NCBI GenBank assembly: GCA_963816395.1
Contig: CAWFKQ010000013.1
Location: forward strand, 95,936 to 159,935
Length of the DNA: 64,000 bases
Source of the DNA: an uncultured delta proteobacterium
GTDB taxonomy: Bacteria; Desulfobacterota; Desulfuromonadia; Desulfuromonadales; JACZKF01
Reading direction: 5' to 3'
Shown: positions 10,642 through 20,700 of the stretch, in pieces
Layout of the letters: every line of letters begins with the position of its first letter
Position numbering within the stretch: position 1 is the stretch's first letter
Program-made: the position numbers and the translations under genes
The notes under the pieces: generated by a model
Told to the model about the DNA's origin: nothing
Seen by the model: the letters and a program-made list of their open reading frames with translations, nothing else
The model's database searches: none

Positions 10642-10834
10642 TTTAACGCGAAGGCGCGAAGTGGGCAAGTCAAGGCGCAAAGATACCCATCATGGTTTTT
10701 TAACGCAGAGGCGCAGAGGCGGCCTAAACCTTTTCAATTTTTTATGTTTTTCTCTGCGTCTCTGCGCCTCTGCGTTAAAACTTGAGCTTATTTTCCCTTT
10801 GCGCCTTCGTTTGCCCTTTGCGCCTTTGCGTTGA
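10642..10834. repeat. Nested AACGC(A/G)AAG / AACGCAGAG inverted-repeat element
   Basis: Outer arms 10642-10682 and 10797-10834; inner arms 10697-10720 and 10751-10780. Confidence 0.8.
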
Positions 10835-10841
10835 GTATGAA

Positions 10842-11402
10842 TTACCGGGTCACCACCGCCAGCACCTGCACCTCCTGACCGTCGAGGGACAGCAGGCGAT
10901 GCTTCAGGGAGGAATCGAAATAGACGGCATCCCCTTCCTCCAGAATCAACCGCTCTTCTTCCAGGAGAATCTCTGCCCTCCCTTTCAGGATCAGCAGAAA
11001 CTCCTCGCCTTCATGATTGTACAGGGCCTCTTCGGCGGCCCGTTCGGAGACGGTCAGCAGAAAAGGTTCCATTTTCTTGTTGCGTTTGCGGAAGGAAAGC
11101 GCTTCGTAGGTGTACCCGTGGCCGGTGCCCGATCTGGAAATGACATGACTGATCACCCGCCGTTCACCCTTGCGAACCACCTCGTAGCGACCCTCCGCTT
11201 CTTCCTCGTCGAAGAAATGACCCATTCGGACATCGAAAAAACGGGCCAACTTGGAAAGAGTGGCGATTGGCGGCGAAACGTTATTATTTTCGATCTGGGA
11301 AATGAGCGCAGGGGAGAAGCCCGTTTCGCGAGCAACGTCCTGGAGGGTGAGCTTGCGCGCCTTCCGCAGCTTTTTCATTTTACTGCCAATGTTGAAATCC
11401 AT
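10842..11402 (-). CDS. XRE-family HTH-cupin transcriptional regulator
   Basis: HTH LTLQDVARETGFSPALISQIENNNVSPPIATL; cupin HEGEEF...EGDAVYFDS..KH. Confidence 0.9.
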   Translation of the reverse strand: MDFNIGSKMKKLRKARKLTLQDVARETGFSPALISQIENNNVSPPIATLSKLARFFDVRMGHFFDEEEAEGRYEVVRKGERRVISHVISRSGTGHGYTYEALSFRKRNKKMEPFLLTVSERAAEEALYNHEGEEFLLILKGRAEILLEEERLILEEGDAVYFDSSLKHRLLSLDGQEVQVLAVVTR

Positions 11403-11444
11403 TTCCGGTCACCGCTATAGGTAAAAAAAGATTTTATGGCTCAA

Positions 11445-11473
11445 AATTTAATTGACGGGATGAAAAAAGTCAA
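11445..11473 (-). promoter_or_regulatory. Sigma70-like promoter of the XRE-mutase unit
   Basis: TTGACT, 17 nt spacer, TAAATT on minus strand. Confidence 0.5.
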
Positions 11474-11925
11474 CAAAGTTATTTATTTAGAATAAAAATA
11501 TTTTAGCCGTAATGAACAAAGCGGCGCCTGTTTTCTGCTTTTGCTCTTTTCGACAATGGAAATCCTTTCTCTGCACGGCTCTGACCGATAAGGGCTGGAA
11601 CCTGATTTGGGCGGCGCAAAAAGGTGGAGCCGGGAGAAAAAATTCTTTCCTGCGCAAGCCTGGGATTCCAGGCTGCCGGCATCGATTCAGAACTGCGGTA
11701 ATTTTTTATTTTCTTCTTGTATTCCGGCCCACTTGGATGCCTTCTTCGCAGTCGCCCAAGGTTTCCGTTGCCTTTTTAGAATAACGGTCTGGCCAGCAAA
11801 ACAGAAAAACTTATAACATGCTGTTTTGAAAGGAAAATTCAAAAATTTTCGCTTGCAATGGAAAAAGCAGTCGATATATTGTTAAAAACAATGAGTCGCA
11901 ATTATTACCATCAAGGAGAACAAAC

Positions 11926-12138
11926 ATGAAATGCCCCGTCTGCAAAAGCCATGAGCACGTAGCCATCGATCTGCACGCAACTGGTTTTGCGGAGAACATC
12001 GTTGAGTGCCGCGTCTGCGGCAGCATCTGGGCCATCAACCACGGTGCGACGGAAATCGTCCGGGACACCCAGAAGAAATCCTTCCTCGAAGCGCAGACCG
12101 AGTGCGTCGAAGGAGACGATTATTACCTGGTTGCCTGA
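11926..12138 (+). CDS. Small zinc-ribbon-like protein
   Basis: MKCPVC...ECRVCG (two CxxC); AAGGAG RBS. Confidence 0.75.
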   Translation: MKCPVCKSHEHVAIDLHATGFAENIVECRVCGSIWAINHGATEIVRDTQKKSFLEAQTECVEGDDYYLVA

Positions 12139-12329
12139 AGAAGATTTCCTGGTGATGCGCTAATCTTATGCCTATAAGGATCACGGGTTTCACCACGAAG
12201 CCGCCGAGGACACTTTCCCTTAGTTTTAATCCCAGTCGGATTCCCTTTTTCCTCGTCAGCGCTCAAGGTTCTCCCGCGGGCGAAGAGAGCGTTTAGGTCA
12301 GGGCAACTTGATAAACGTCCGGTCAAACA

Positions 12330-12359
12330 GCAAACCCCGTCCATGGAGGCGGGGTTTGC
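12330..12359 (-). terminator. Probable terminator after the carboxylase genes
   Basis: GCAAACCCCG/CGGGGTTTGC stem followed by TGTTT on minus strand. Confidence 0.5.
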
Positions 12360-12414
12360 CGGTAGTGAAGGGCTCCAGTTGCTGGAGCCCTTTTTCGCCA
12401 TTGAATCCGGAAAA

Positions 12415-15412
12415 TCAGAGGACCGCCCTCAGGTAAGCGGAGGTCCGTTCGCGTCTTTCCCGTTCGATTTCACCAAGGTCCACCTCGATGAATTTTTCAT
12501 CCGGGGTGATCTTGAACAGAGGCTGACCCTTCTGGACGATGGTTCCGTCGCTGCCCTGGACCAGGATCTTGTCGATGGTTCCGGAGAAAGTAGCCCTGAC
12601 CGTATTGAACATCTTCATGACTTCGATGATATAGAGGGGCTGACCTTTTTCGAAGTGCATCCCTTCAGCCACGAAGGTGGGAAGCCCCGGCGCTTCCTGC
12701 CCGTAGTACATGCCGCCGCAGACCGACACGATCTCATCGGCCTTGGTCGCCGGCGGGGGCACCAGAATCTTTTTCATCCGGGCCTGCAGATCCGGGTCGC
12801 TCAGATAGGCAGGAATGGTGACTTCCAGATCGTCCTCGACGCGGAAATCCCAGAACCGGGTATTCTCCGCAATCAGGAAGACCATGCCGAGCAGCTCGAG
12901 TCCCGCCTCGAAGCCGAAATGTGAGGAACGGATCTGCTCCCAGGTGGCGTCGTCGTATCCTCCCTGCGGGCTTTCCTTCTGCAGGATCTCGTTGAGCCGG
13001 AAATAGGCCTTTTCATCCAGCCCGAAATGCTCGCGCAGCGCGGTATAGAAACGAAGTGCCTTCTGCAGCAGTTCATTGTCGTGATCCCAGATCACTTCGG
13101 CGGCGGGAGCCTCTGGGCGATATGACATGTTGAGATACTCGTAGGTTTCGTCAAGGATGACCAGGGGGTTGCGCAGCCAAACCACCTTGCCGCCGTCAAT
13201 CCGGAAGTTTTTCCCGTTGAGGCTCAGCCAACCGGAGAGCAGGTGCGGGTCCTCCAGGAGTCGCTCGATCGGACGGGTGACCAGCGTCCCCTTGCGATCG
13301 ATCACCTGAGCAATAGATTTCGCCACCTCCGGGCCTTCGGGGAAGGCCTCGGCGATACGCTTGGCGTAATGCTTCTTCATCTGCAGGAAGGCGAAAACCG
13401 GATCGATTTTGCTGGCTTCCTCCCGGAGCATGCCGACCAGGGTGAGATAGGGCACCACGAAGCGGGTAGTCGGTTTGGCCATGACGTTATTGCCGAGGAA
13501 CCAGTTGACCAAGCCGTAGTGAAATTCCAGGTTGGTGCCGAGATCGGTACCGCGCAGGATGGTCTGGCGCAGCACCCGGGCCATCTGCCGGTAGCTGCCC
13601 AGACGGTTTTCACCCTTGGTGAGCAGCAGGGCGATATTCGAATCGTAAGCCCCGGCCACCTTATAGCGCATGAACATGCCGGTATCGGGATTGACCAGGT
13701 TGATCCCCTGGTCGTCGCGGATCTCTCCTTCGATCGGTTTCGACCAGTAGCGGATCATGCCGCCGGCATGCGGCGAAAGTGAAGCATCGGTGGCGTTCAG
13801 GCGCGCCTCGACGGCGGCGTTGAAGCGAGGGATACGCTCTGGTTTGGGCAGCCTTTTCTTATGCCGCGCGAGCAGGGCCATGGCCTCGACCAGAGACTCG
13901 ACGACGAAACAATCCTCGGGATCTTCCGGGTTGGTGAATTTGAGGGAGTAGCACAGCTCCGTCACCCGGTGTTCCACCTGGATGCGGGTATTCACCTCCA
14001 TGAAGTAGTGACGGTCGCGATCGACGATGCATTCGAAGGTCGAAGCCGAATCGAGCCCTACCGCCTGGCCGAAGCGCGCCGCCTCCTCCTCCATGCGGGT
14101 GAGAACCTGCAGATCGCTTTGCAGGGCGCTGGCCTCACTTTCTCGGCCGGCAGCCCTGGCATTTTCGACGGCGGCCGCCAGCCCTTCCTGGGTGACCGAA
14201 ACTTCCAGCAGCTTCTGCTCGTGCATCTGCAGCGAGCAGTCGCGGCCGCCGAGGGAGAGGCACCACTGGCCATTGCCGAGCAACTGGATCTCGTTGTGGC
14301 GGGTCTGTTCGATATTCAGCTCGATGAGAACGTTTTTGTTGTCCCCGATCCCATTGGCCTTGACCTCGTTCAGGACCTCCCGGACCATGGCCGGCGCTTC
14401 TGCCGCGGCCTTTTCGATCATCCGGTCATCGGGGTTGCGGGCCGTCAGCAGTGAGGCGCCGAGAATTCGCTGCCCCTTGCCGCCGCCGCCCCCGATCGCC
14501 TTCAGGCGAAAGCGGCTGCGGGGATATTTTCGGAACAGCTCGGTCACCTCGGCCTGAACCTGGGCACAGAGTTCTTCGATAGAGTAGAGATCGATTCCTT
14601 TGCTGTAGGAAGCCATCAGAATGGCATCGGCCAGCCCTTCGAGGGGGAGGTTCCGGTCATTGATGACTTTTTCGTCGCAGGCAAGATCCTCGGCCTGGGC
14701 CAGCGCCAGCAGCTTCTCCCGGGTGGGATGCTTTTTCAGGAGGGTGCGGGCGGTGACGTTGTCGATACCCGGGGTGACGCTGACGTTGACGTTCAGGGCG
14801 GTCCGCTTGGCTTCGTCCTTCTTGCCGGCGCTCGCCTGGGTGGCCGCACAGGGGCCGATGAACATGAGCCCGGCTTTCTCGATGGCGGAGACAAATTCCT
14901 CATCTTCCGCCATGAAGCCGTAACCGGCGAAAATGGCGTTGTACCCGTTGTCCTGGGCGATCTGGATGATCTGGTTGATGCGCTCCATCCGCTCTTCCTT
15001 GCTGGCGCCCGAGTAATCCGGCACCCGGTGGACGCGGCTGGAATCGGTCAGCTGGCGCAGTTCGGGGGCCAGGGCATTGGGATAAACGATGGAATCCTTG
15101 TCGGAGAGGAGAATGCCGTAATGGCTGATTCCCATCTCCTCGTAGACATCCATCGCCTCTTTGCGGATGGGACCGCGGCAGACGATGAGCGGTTTCAGAT
15201 CCTCGCAGGAGAAGGAGCGCACCCAGGCGGAGGATGACTTTGCCCAGGCGGCGGTCGCGATGAATCAGGGGGTTGTTCCGGTAGAGATCAACGCCTTCTC
15301 TGCGGGCAGGGGCACGGAAAAAGCTGAGCATCCTGCGATCTCCCCTCGTGGCGGGCAATTCTTCGGCCGCCGGGTTAATGCCGTCTTTTTTAAAATTGAT
15401 TGTCTGGGCCAT
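12415..15412 (-). CDS. Biotin-dependent acyl-CoA (probably propionyl-CoA) carboxylase, biotin carboxylase plus biotinyl-carrier subunit (frameshift near 15240)
   Basis: GYGFMAE, KAIGGGGGKG, RDCSLQ, MEVNTRIQVEH, C-terminal EVMKM biotinylation motif; N-terminus MAQTINF in the adjacent frame. Confidence 0.85.
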
Positions 15413-15459
15413 GGTCTTATCTCCAATCTGATCCCGATTGTCGTTGATTCCGCTCATGG

Positions 15460-17184
15460 TCAATGGAACTCGCGCTGTACGCCCTGCATCGGCGAGGGCT
15501 TATAATGCCGGAGGAGAAAACTCAAGTTTTCCCCGAGCACCTTGCGCAGGTCGGTGGGCATGACGATGGAGGAAATGGAGCCCAGGCTCAGACCTTCTTT
15601 CGGGTTCATCAATTCTTTTTCATAGCGCTGGTTGAGCAAGGCTTCCTGCGCCCGCAGCCAGTCGGCAGCCTCCTTCTCGGAGTCTCTTTTCGCCTCCTCC
15701 CCCTCCATGCCGGCCGCCACCCGTTCCTGGGTCCCCTTCCTGATCCGCTCGGGGATGGCGCTGCGGAGCTTACGCAGTTCATCCTTGTACACGAACTCCT
15801 TGCCGGCCGGACCCATGACGGCAAGCCGGGTGGTCGGCAGGGCGAGGACCAGGTCGGCGCCGGTCGGGTAATTATTATAGGAGGCGTAGGCGCCGCCGAA
15901 AGCGTTCCGCAGGATCAGCAGGATGCGGGGCGTGCGCACGTCGATGATGGCATCGAGCATGGAGCGCCCGGCCTGGACGATGCCGCGGGCTTCCTGTTCC
16001 CGCCCGGGCAGAAAACCGGTGGTGTCTTCCATGAAGATCAGGGGGATGTTGTAGATATTGCAGAAACGGACAAAACGGGCGATCTTTACGGCCGAATCGC
16101 AGTCGATCTGACCGGAGGAGACCGCGCTGTTGTTGGCGACAAAGCCGACCACGTTGCCCCCCAGGCGGCCGAAGGCGGTGACGACTTCCCGCGCCCGCTC
16201 CGGCTGGATTTCGAAGTAGTCGCCGTGATCGCAGATCTGCTGGATGATGATCGACACCTCAAAGGGGGTGTTGAAGCCGGTGGGGGAGTTGAACGCCTTC
16301 TTCAGCAGGGTGTTGATCTCCCAGGTCCGGCGGTCGAGGGAGTCGCTGGTTTCCTGATAAGGGGCGAAAACGCTGTTGTTGTCGGGCAGGTAGCCGAGCA
16401 GCCGGACGGCGGTGCGCAGCGCGGCAACCTCATCGGAGACGGTCAGGTCAACCACCCCTGACTGGCTGTGGACCTTCGGTCCGCCCAGCTCTTCCGGGGT
16501 GATATCCTCACCCAGAACGGATTTGACCACGCCTGGGCCGGTGAGGCCGAAAAAGGTATCGTTCGGCTGGATGAGGAAGCTGCCCTGGCGGGGAAGATAG
16601 CTGCCGCCGCCGGCATTGAAACCGAACATGCACATGATGCTGGGCACCAGCCCGCTGATTTTCCGCAAGGCGGTAAAGGCTTCGGCATAGCCGTCCAGGC
16701 CCCCGACCCCGGCGGGCACGAAGGCGCCGGCGCTGTCGTTCATGCCGATCAGGGGGATTCCCTTCTCCCCGGCCATGTAGAAAAGCCGGGCCAGCTTGTT
16801 GCCGTTGGTGGCATCGATCGAGCCGGCGCGCACGGTGAAATCATGGCCGTAGACGGCGACGTCCCGCCCATTGATGTTCAGGATGCCGGTGACCAGAGAG
16901 GCGCCGTCCAGGTTCTTTCCCCAGTTCTGGAAGAGAACGTTCGGTTCCTTGTCGGAGAGAACGCGGATGCGCTCCCAGACGGTCATCCGTTTTTTGAAGT
17001 GCTGTTTCTCGATCTGCTCGATACTCACCGATTTGATCGGGCGCAGAGTCAGGTCATGACCTTCCTTCATGACTTCTTCATAGATGCCCGCCTTGCCGGG
17101 AATCTCGCCGGGGATGGTAAAATCGACGGTTTCGGGTGGATCGAAGGGATTCTTCAGTGAAGGTTTGATCGCTTTTTTGGACAT
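15460..17184 (-). CDS. pccB: Acyl-CoA carboxylase carboxyltransferase (beta) subunit
   Basis: [43 protein letters not shown]; start at 17184 or 17193. Confidence 0.85.
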   Translation of the reverse strand: MSKKAIKPSLKNPFDPPETVDFTIPGEIPGKAGIYEEVMKEGHDLTLRPIKSVSIEQIEKQHFKKRMTVWERIRVLSDKEPNVLFQNWGKNLDGASLVTGILNINGRDVAVYGHDFTVRAGSIDATNGNKLARLFYMAGEKGIPLIGMNDSAGAFVPAGVGGLDGYAEAFTALRKISGLVPSIMCMFGFNAGGGSYLPRQGSFLIQPNDTFFGLTGPGVVKSVLGEDITPEELGGPKVHSQSGVVDLTVSDEVAALRTAVRLLGYLPDNNSVFAPYQETSDSLDRRTWEINTLLKKAFNSPTGFNTPFEVSIIIQQICDHGDYFEIQPERAREVVTAFGRLGGNVVGFVANNSAVSSGQIDCDSAVKIARFVRFCNIYNIPLIFMEDTTGFLPGREQEARGIVQAGRSMLDAIIDVRTPRILLILRNAFGGAYASYNNYPTGADLVLALPTTRLAVMGPAGKEFVYKDELRKLRSAIPERIRKGTQERVAAGMEGEEAKRDSEKEAADWLRAQEALLNQRYEKELMNPKEGLSLGSISSIVMPTDLRKVLGENLSFLLRHYKPSPMQGVQREFH

Positions 17185-17474
17185 CTCCGCCATCCTCTGG
17201 TTATTGGAATGAAATTGCCGGCGAAACCAGCTCCCTGCGCTGCGGGCCAACCTGTCCTGAACTGCCGATAGCCCGGAGAGCGGGCCTGAGCGAATTTGAT
17301 TGGATCTGGTCTGAATCTTGCGACGTCTGGCTGGGGAAAATTCTGGTTGCCCGGGCCACTTCCTGGTTCGGTGGCGGTCCCTGGCGCCGGCGTCTGTCTG
17401 GCGGAGCCGATCGATTCTTGCCACCGCTGCGATTTCAGGTAAAAAATAAAAAATAGTTCTATTTTTTCGAGAAA

Positions 17475-17502
17475 ATTATCCCAAAACAGCCGATTTTGTC
17501 AA
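17475..17502 (-). promoter_or_regulatory. Sigma70-like promoter of the carboxylase operon
   Basis: TTGACA, 16 nt spacer, GATAAT on minus strand in an AT-rich region. Confidence 0.55.
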
Positions 17503-17716
17503 TAGTAAATATTTACCACTGATAAAAAGATTTATTGATAATAAAGACAAAGTCTTTGTAGCCTTCGGTTTTATCCGCCCCGGTGGGCAATCCGGTACGC
17601 CGTTTCCGCTCCTCGCCGGCATAGGCGGGAGGCATATTGACTTTTTCGGGCTGATCCTCTAATTTGGCGATATTCCCAACCAATTTCCTGCGCCGATTGC
17701 CGGCGGGAGAACAAGC

Positions 17717-18799
17717 TTGCCGAAAGAAAATATTCAATTGCCCCTGGGCATCCGACTCTGGCCAAAAGAGCGGCGCGGCGGCAGCCGCCGACTCAAGGAA
17801 GGTTACCTCTTCTCGCCCCTGGAAAATTCCTCCGATTCGTACCGTTTCAGCGCCTTGATCAATGCCGCCAAGGTGCCCGGTCTTTTCCGCTCTCTGCTTT
17901 CCTGCCTTCCCGGGGAATCTTTTCTGATTCTGGAATTCTACCAGGAGGAGCGGGACAAGAGCCCCAATGAAGAAATGGTTCCCTCCATCTTCTATTCCCC
18001 CTATCTCCCCACGGAAGAGATCCTGGAGACCTTGGAGCCGTTTCTGCCGAGACTGATCCATGACGGGTTCGTCGGCTTCGGCCTGGCCAATAATCGGGCC
18101 GGCATGGAATTCTTTTACTCGGAAGAGAAGGTCCTCACCTGTTTCACCGGCGACCATCTCCGCATCACCGATCTGTTGGCCCGGCACGGTCTTCCCTACC
18201 GGCCGCACATGTGTTTTCCCACCGATCTGGGACACGACCATCTCTCCCTTCTCTGCCATCCGCGTTTTTCCCTCCCTGCCCCTTTCGCCGAAATGGCGGA
18301 GAGCGAGCTCGACTACCTGCATTTCTGCAGCAGGATAACCGAGGAACTGGAGATGTATCCGGTGGAGGAGACCCTCGCCTTCTTCCTGTCGAAAAAGGAA
18401 CAGGACCAGATTGAGGCCCGCCTGCTGGCGCATGAGGAATTCGCTGAATTCGCCGAGGAGGATTTCGGCAGTCTGCTCCTCGACTGGAACGATTTCGTCA
18501 GCGAGTGCGAAGAAGGTTTCGACGGAGATCTCTGGGAGTACCGGCAGGGACTCAAGCTGCGGGATATGATCCAGTATTGCACGGACGGCCTGCCGCCTAT
18601 CCTGCAGCACAAGCTGCAGGAAATCCTCTCCGACGCTGACGGCCGCTTCCAGAAACTGCTGGTGGATCGCCGCAAGCGCCTCGACCCCCCCGGCTATCTG
18701 GGGGCTGGCGAGGACCGCTTCTGGTATCGGGGAATGGTCAGCAATCAGGGAGCCTATCTGCGCCGGGATCTGATCCGCCAGGGCTGGTTCAAACCTTGA
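17717..18799 (+). CDS. Hypothetical protein (360 aa, acidic)
   Basis: Long ORF with genome-like codon pattern, TTG start after GGGAG; no recognised motif. Confidence 0.7.
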   Translation: MPKENIQLPLGIRLWPKERRGGSRRLKEGYLFSPLENSSDSYRFSALINAAKVPGLFRSLLSCLPGESFLILEFYQEERDKSPNEEMVPSIFYSPYLPTEEILETLEPFLPRLIHDGFVGFGLANNRAGMEFFYSEEKVLTCFTGDHLRITDLLARHGLPYRPHMCFPTDLGHDHLSLLCHPRFSLPAPFAEMAESELDYLHFCSRITEELEMYPVEETLAFFLSKKEQDQIEARLLAHEEFAEFAEEDFGSLLLDWNDFVSECEEGFDGDLWEYRQGLKLRDMIQYCTDGLPPILQHKLQEILSDADGRFQKLLVDRRKRLDPPGYLGAGEDRFWYRGMVSNQGAYLRRDLIRQGWFKP

Positions 18800-18800
18800 C

Positions 18801-18920
18801 CGGCTGCGGAAAAACGCCCATCTGCGGCGTTGCCCTCACCCCTCGTCAACGACGTACCTCCGGTACGCCTTATTCCTCAGGATTTCGGGCGCCTTGCATC
18901 TGGACATTTTTGCTCAGCCG
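18801..18920. repeat. MITE-like element with imperfect terminal inverted repeats
   Basis: CGGCTGCGGAAAAACGCCCATCTGC...GCATCTGGACATTTTTGCTCAGCCG with central GACGTACC/GGTACGCC hairpin. Confidence 0.65.
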
Positions 18921-19006
18921 GGGAAGAAAAAAGATTTCGCAAGAACCTCTGTAAGACGTACGCCTGATCTTATGCCTTCAGCCTAGAGCCTCTCGCCAGG
19001 TTAATT

Positions 19007-19753
19007 ATGATTGCCCTCATCGCCGCCGTTCCCCAGGAAACCGAGCTTCTGCGCCGCTTTCTCTCCCCCTGCGAGGTGCGCAGCTGCGGCCGGCGCGACC
19101 TGTACCGCGGCACCATCTGCGGCCAGTCGGCCATCCTGCTGCACAGCGGCGTGGGGAAGGCGAACGCGGCCGCCGCCGCCACCACGCTGATAGAAGCGGG
19201 GCGCCCGTCGCTGATCATCTCCATCGGCTGCGGCGGCGCCTACCCGGCCAGCGGTCTGGCAGTGGGCGACCTGGCCGTGGCCACCGAGGAGATCTACGGT
19301 GACGAGGGGGTGCTGGCCCCCGGCGGCTTTCTTGACATGCAGGCCCTCGGCTTCCCCCTGCTGCAGCGCAACGGCCTGCGCCTGTTCAACCGCTATCCGG
19401 TCAGCGATCAGTTGCTGGCGAAAGCGCGGGCAATTCTGGAGCCGTTTGCGGCCGCCGCCGGCCGGCGATTGGCGGTCGGACCATTCGTTACCGTTTCCAC
19501 CGGTTCCGGTACCGATGCCGGGGCCCGGGAACTGGCCCGCCGCACCGGGGGCATCTGCGAAAATATGGAAGGGGCCGCCCTGGCTCAGGTCTGCGCTCTG
19601 CACGGACTTCCCTTTCTCGCCATCCGCGGCATCTCCAACCCGACCGGCGACCGTGATCTGGCCCTCTGGGACCTGAAAAAGGGGGCGGAGGTCGCGCAAT
19701 TGGCCATCCGCGCCCTCCTCACCGGCTGGTTGGAGCGGAAAGACTCGGCATGA
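19007..19753 (+). CDS. mqnB: Futalosine hydrolase
   Basis: PNP/MTA nucleosidase fold GVGKANAA, CENMEGAA, IRGISN..GDRD...W; coupled to mqnD. Confidence 0.88.
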   Translation: MIALIAAVPQETELLRRFLSPCEVRSCGRRDLYRGTICGQSAILLHSGVGKANAAAAATTLIEAGRPSLIISIGCGGAYPASGLAVGDLAVATEEIYGDEGVLAPGGFLDMQALGFPLLQRNGLRLFNRYPVSDQLLAKARAILEPFAAAAGRRLAVGPFVTVSTGSGTDAGARELARRTGGICENMEGAALAQVCALHGLPFLAIRGISNPTGDRDLALWDLKKGAEVAQLAIRALLTGWLERKDSA

Positions 19754-20592
19754 CCCGTACCCTTACTCTCGGCTACTCCCCCTGCCCGAACGACACTTTC
19801 ATCTTTTACGCCCTGGTGCACGGGCGCATTCCGCTGCCCGGCATCGCCTTCAGGGAACGCCTGGAAGATGTCGAGACCCTCAACGCCCTGGCCCTGCAGC
19901 AGAAGCTGGAGCTGACCAAGATTTCCTACCACGCCCTGGGGCACCTGCGCCGTGAGTATGTACTGCTGCGCAGCGGTGGGGCGCTGGGGCGCGGCTGCGG
20001 ACCGCTGGTGGTGGCCCGACAGCCTCTCACCATGGCCGAACTGCGCGGCCGGCGTCTGGCCGTTCCCGGGCGGTTGACCACGGCCAACCTGCTGCTGCAG
20101 CTCTACGGGGAAGGCTTCGACAATCTACTCGTTCTTCCCTTCCACCAGGTCATGCAGGCGGTGCGCGAGGGGACGGCCGATGCCGGGGTGATCATCCACG
20201 AATCGCGCTTCACCTACCGGGAATACGGACTGTCGCGGGTGCTCGATCTGGGCGAGTGGTGGGAGGAGGAAACGGGCATGCCCATCCCCTTGGGCGGCAT
20301 CCTCGCCAGACGCTGCCTCGGGGCGTCCCTGATCACCCAGGTGGAGGCCGCCTTGCGCCGCAGCGTCGAATTCGCCTTCGCTCACCCGCAGGAACCGAAA
20401 AGCTACATCCGCGCCCATGCCCAGGAACTCGATCCGCAGGTGATCGAGCAGCATATCGGCCTTTACGTCAATGATTTTTCCCTCGACCTGGGTGAGGAAG
20501 GGGAAGGGGCGGTGGCCGAACTGTTTGCCCGGGCGGAACGCCGGGGGATCATTCCCCCCTGCGAGCTGCCGTTGTTTGTTACGGCAGGCTAG
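19750..20592 (+). CDS. mqnD: 1,4-dihydroxy-6-naphthoate synthase
   Basis: GYSPCPNDTFIF, DVETLN, GALGRGCGP, IIHESRFTY, PIPLG, HIGLYVN. Confidence 0.95.
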   Translation: MTRTLTLGYSPCPNDTFIFYALVHGRIPLPGIAFRERLEDVETLNALALQQKLELTKISYHALGHLRREYVLLRSGGALGRGCGPLVVARQPLTMAELRGRRLAVPGRLTTANLLLQLYGEGFDNLLVLPFHQVMQAVREGTADAGVIIHESRFTYREYGLSRVLDLGEWWEEETGMPIPLGGILARRCLGASLITQVEAALRRSVEFAFAHPQEPKSYIRAHAQELDPQVIEQHIGLYVNDFSLDLGEEGEGAVAELFARAERRGIIPPCELPLFVTAG

Positions 20593-20700
20593 AGGCGAGA
20601 GGCTAGCGGCAAGAGGGCATAAGGCATGTCAAACGGAAAAAGCGACCCAACGGGTCGCTTTTTCTGTTCCTCTAGCCTATTGCCTCGTGCCTCTAGCCTC
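20586..20700. repeat. Inverted ~7-nt repeat arrays around a terminator
   Basis: AGGCTAG-AGGCGAG-AGGCTAG... mirrored by CCTCTAG-CCTATTG-CCTCGTG-CCTCTAG. Confidence 0.55.
20636..20664. terminator. Bidirectional terminator between mqnD and serA
   Basis: AAAAAGCGACCC-AAC-GGGTCGCTTTTT between convergent genes. Confidence 0.85.

Noticed and set aside
12290..12370. c-di-GMP-I riboswitch (GCAAAC-containing hairpin)
   Set aside because: It is a single hairpin between convergent genes without the GNRA/receptor second stem, better explained as a terminator.
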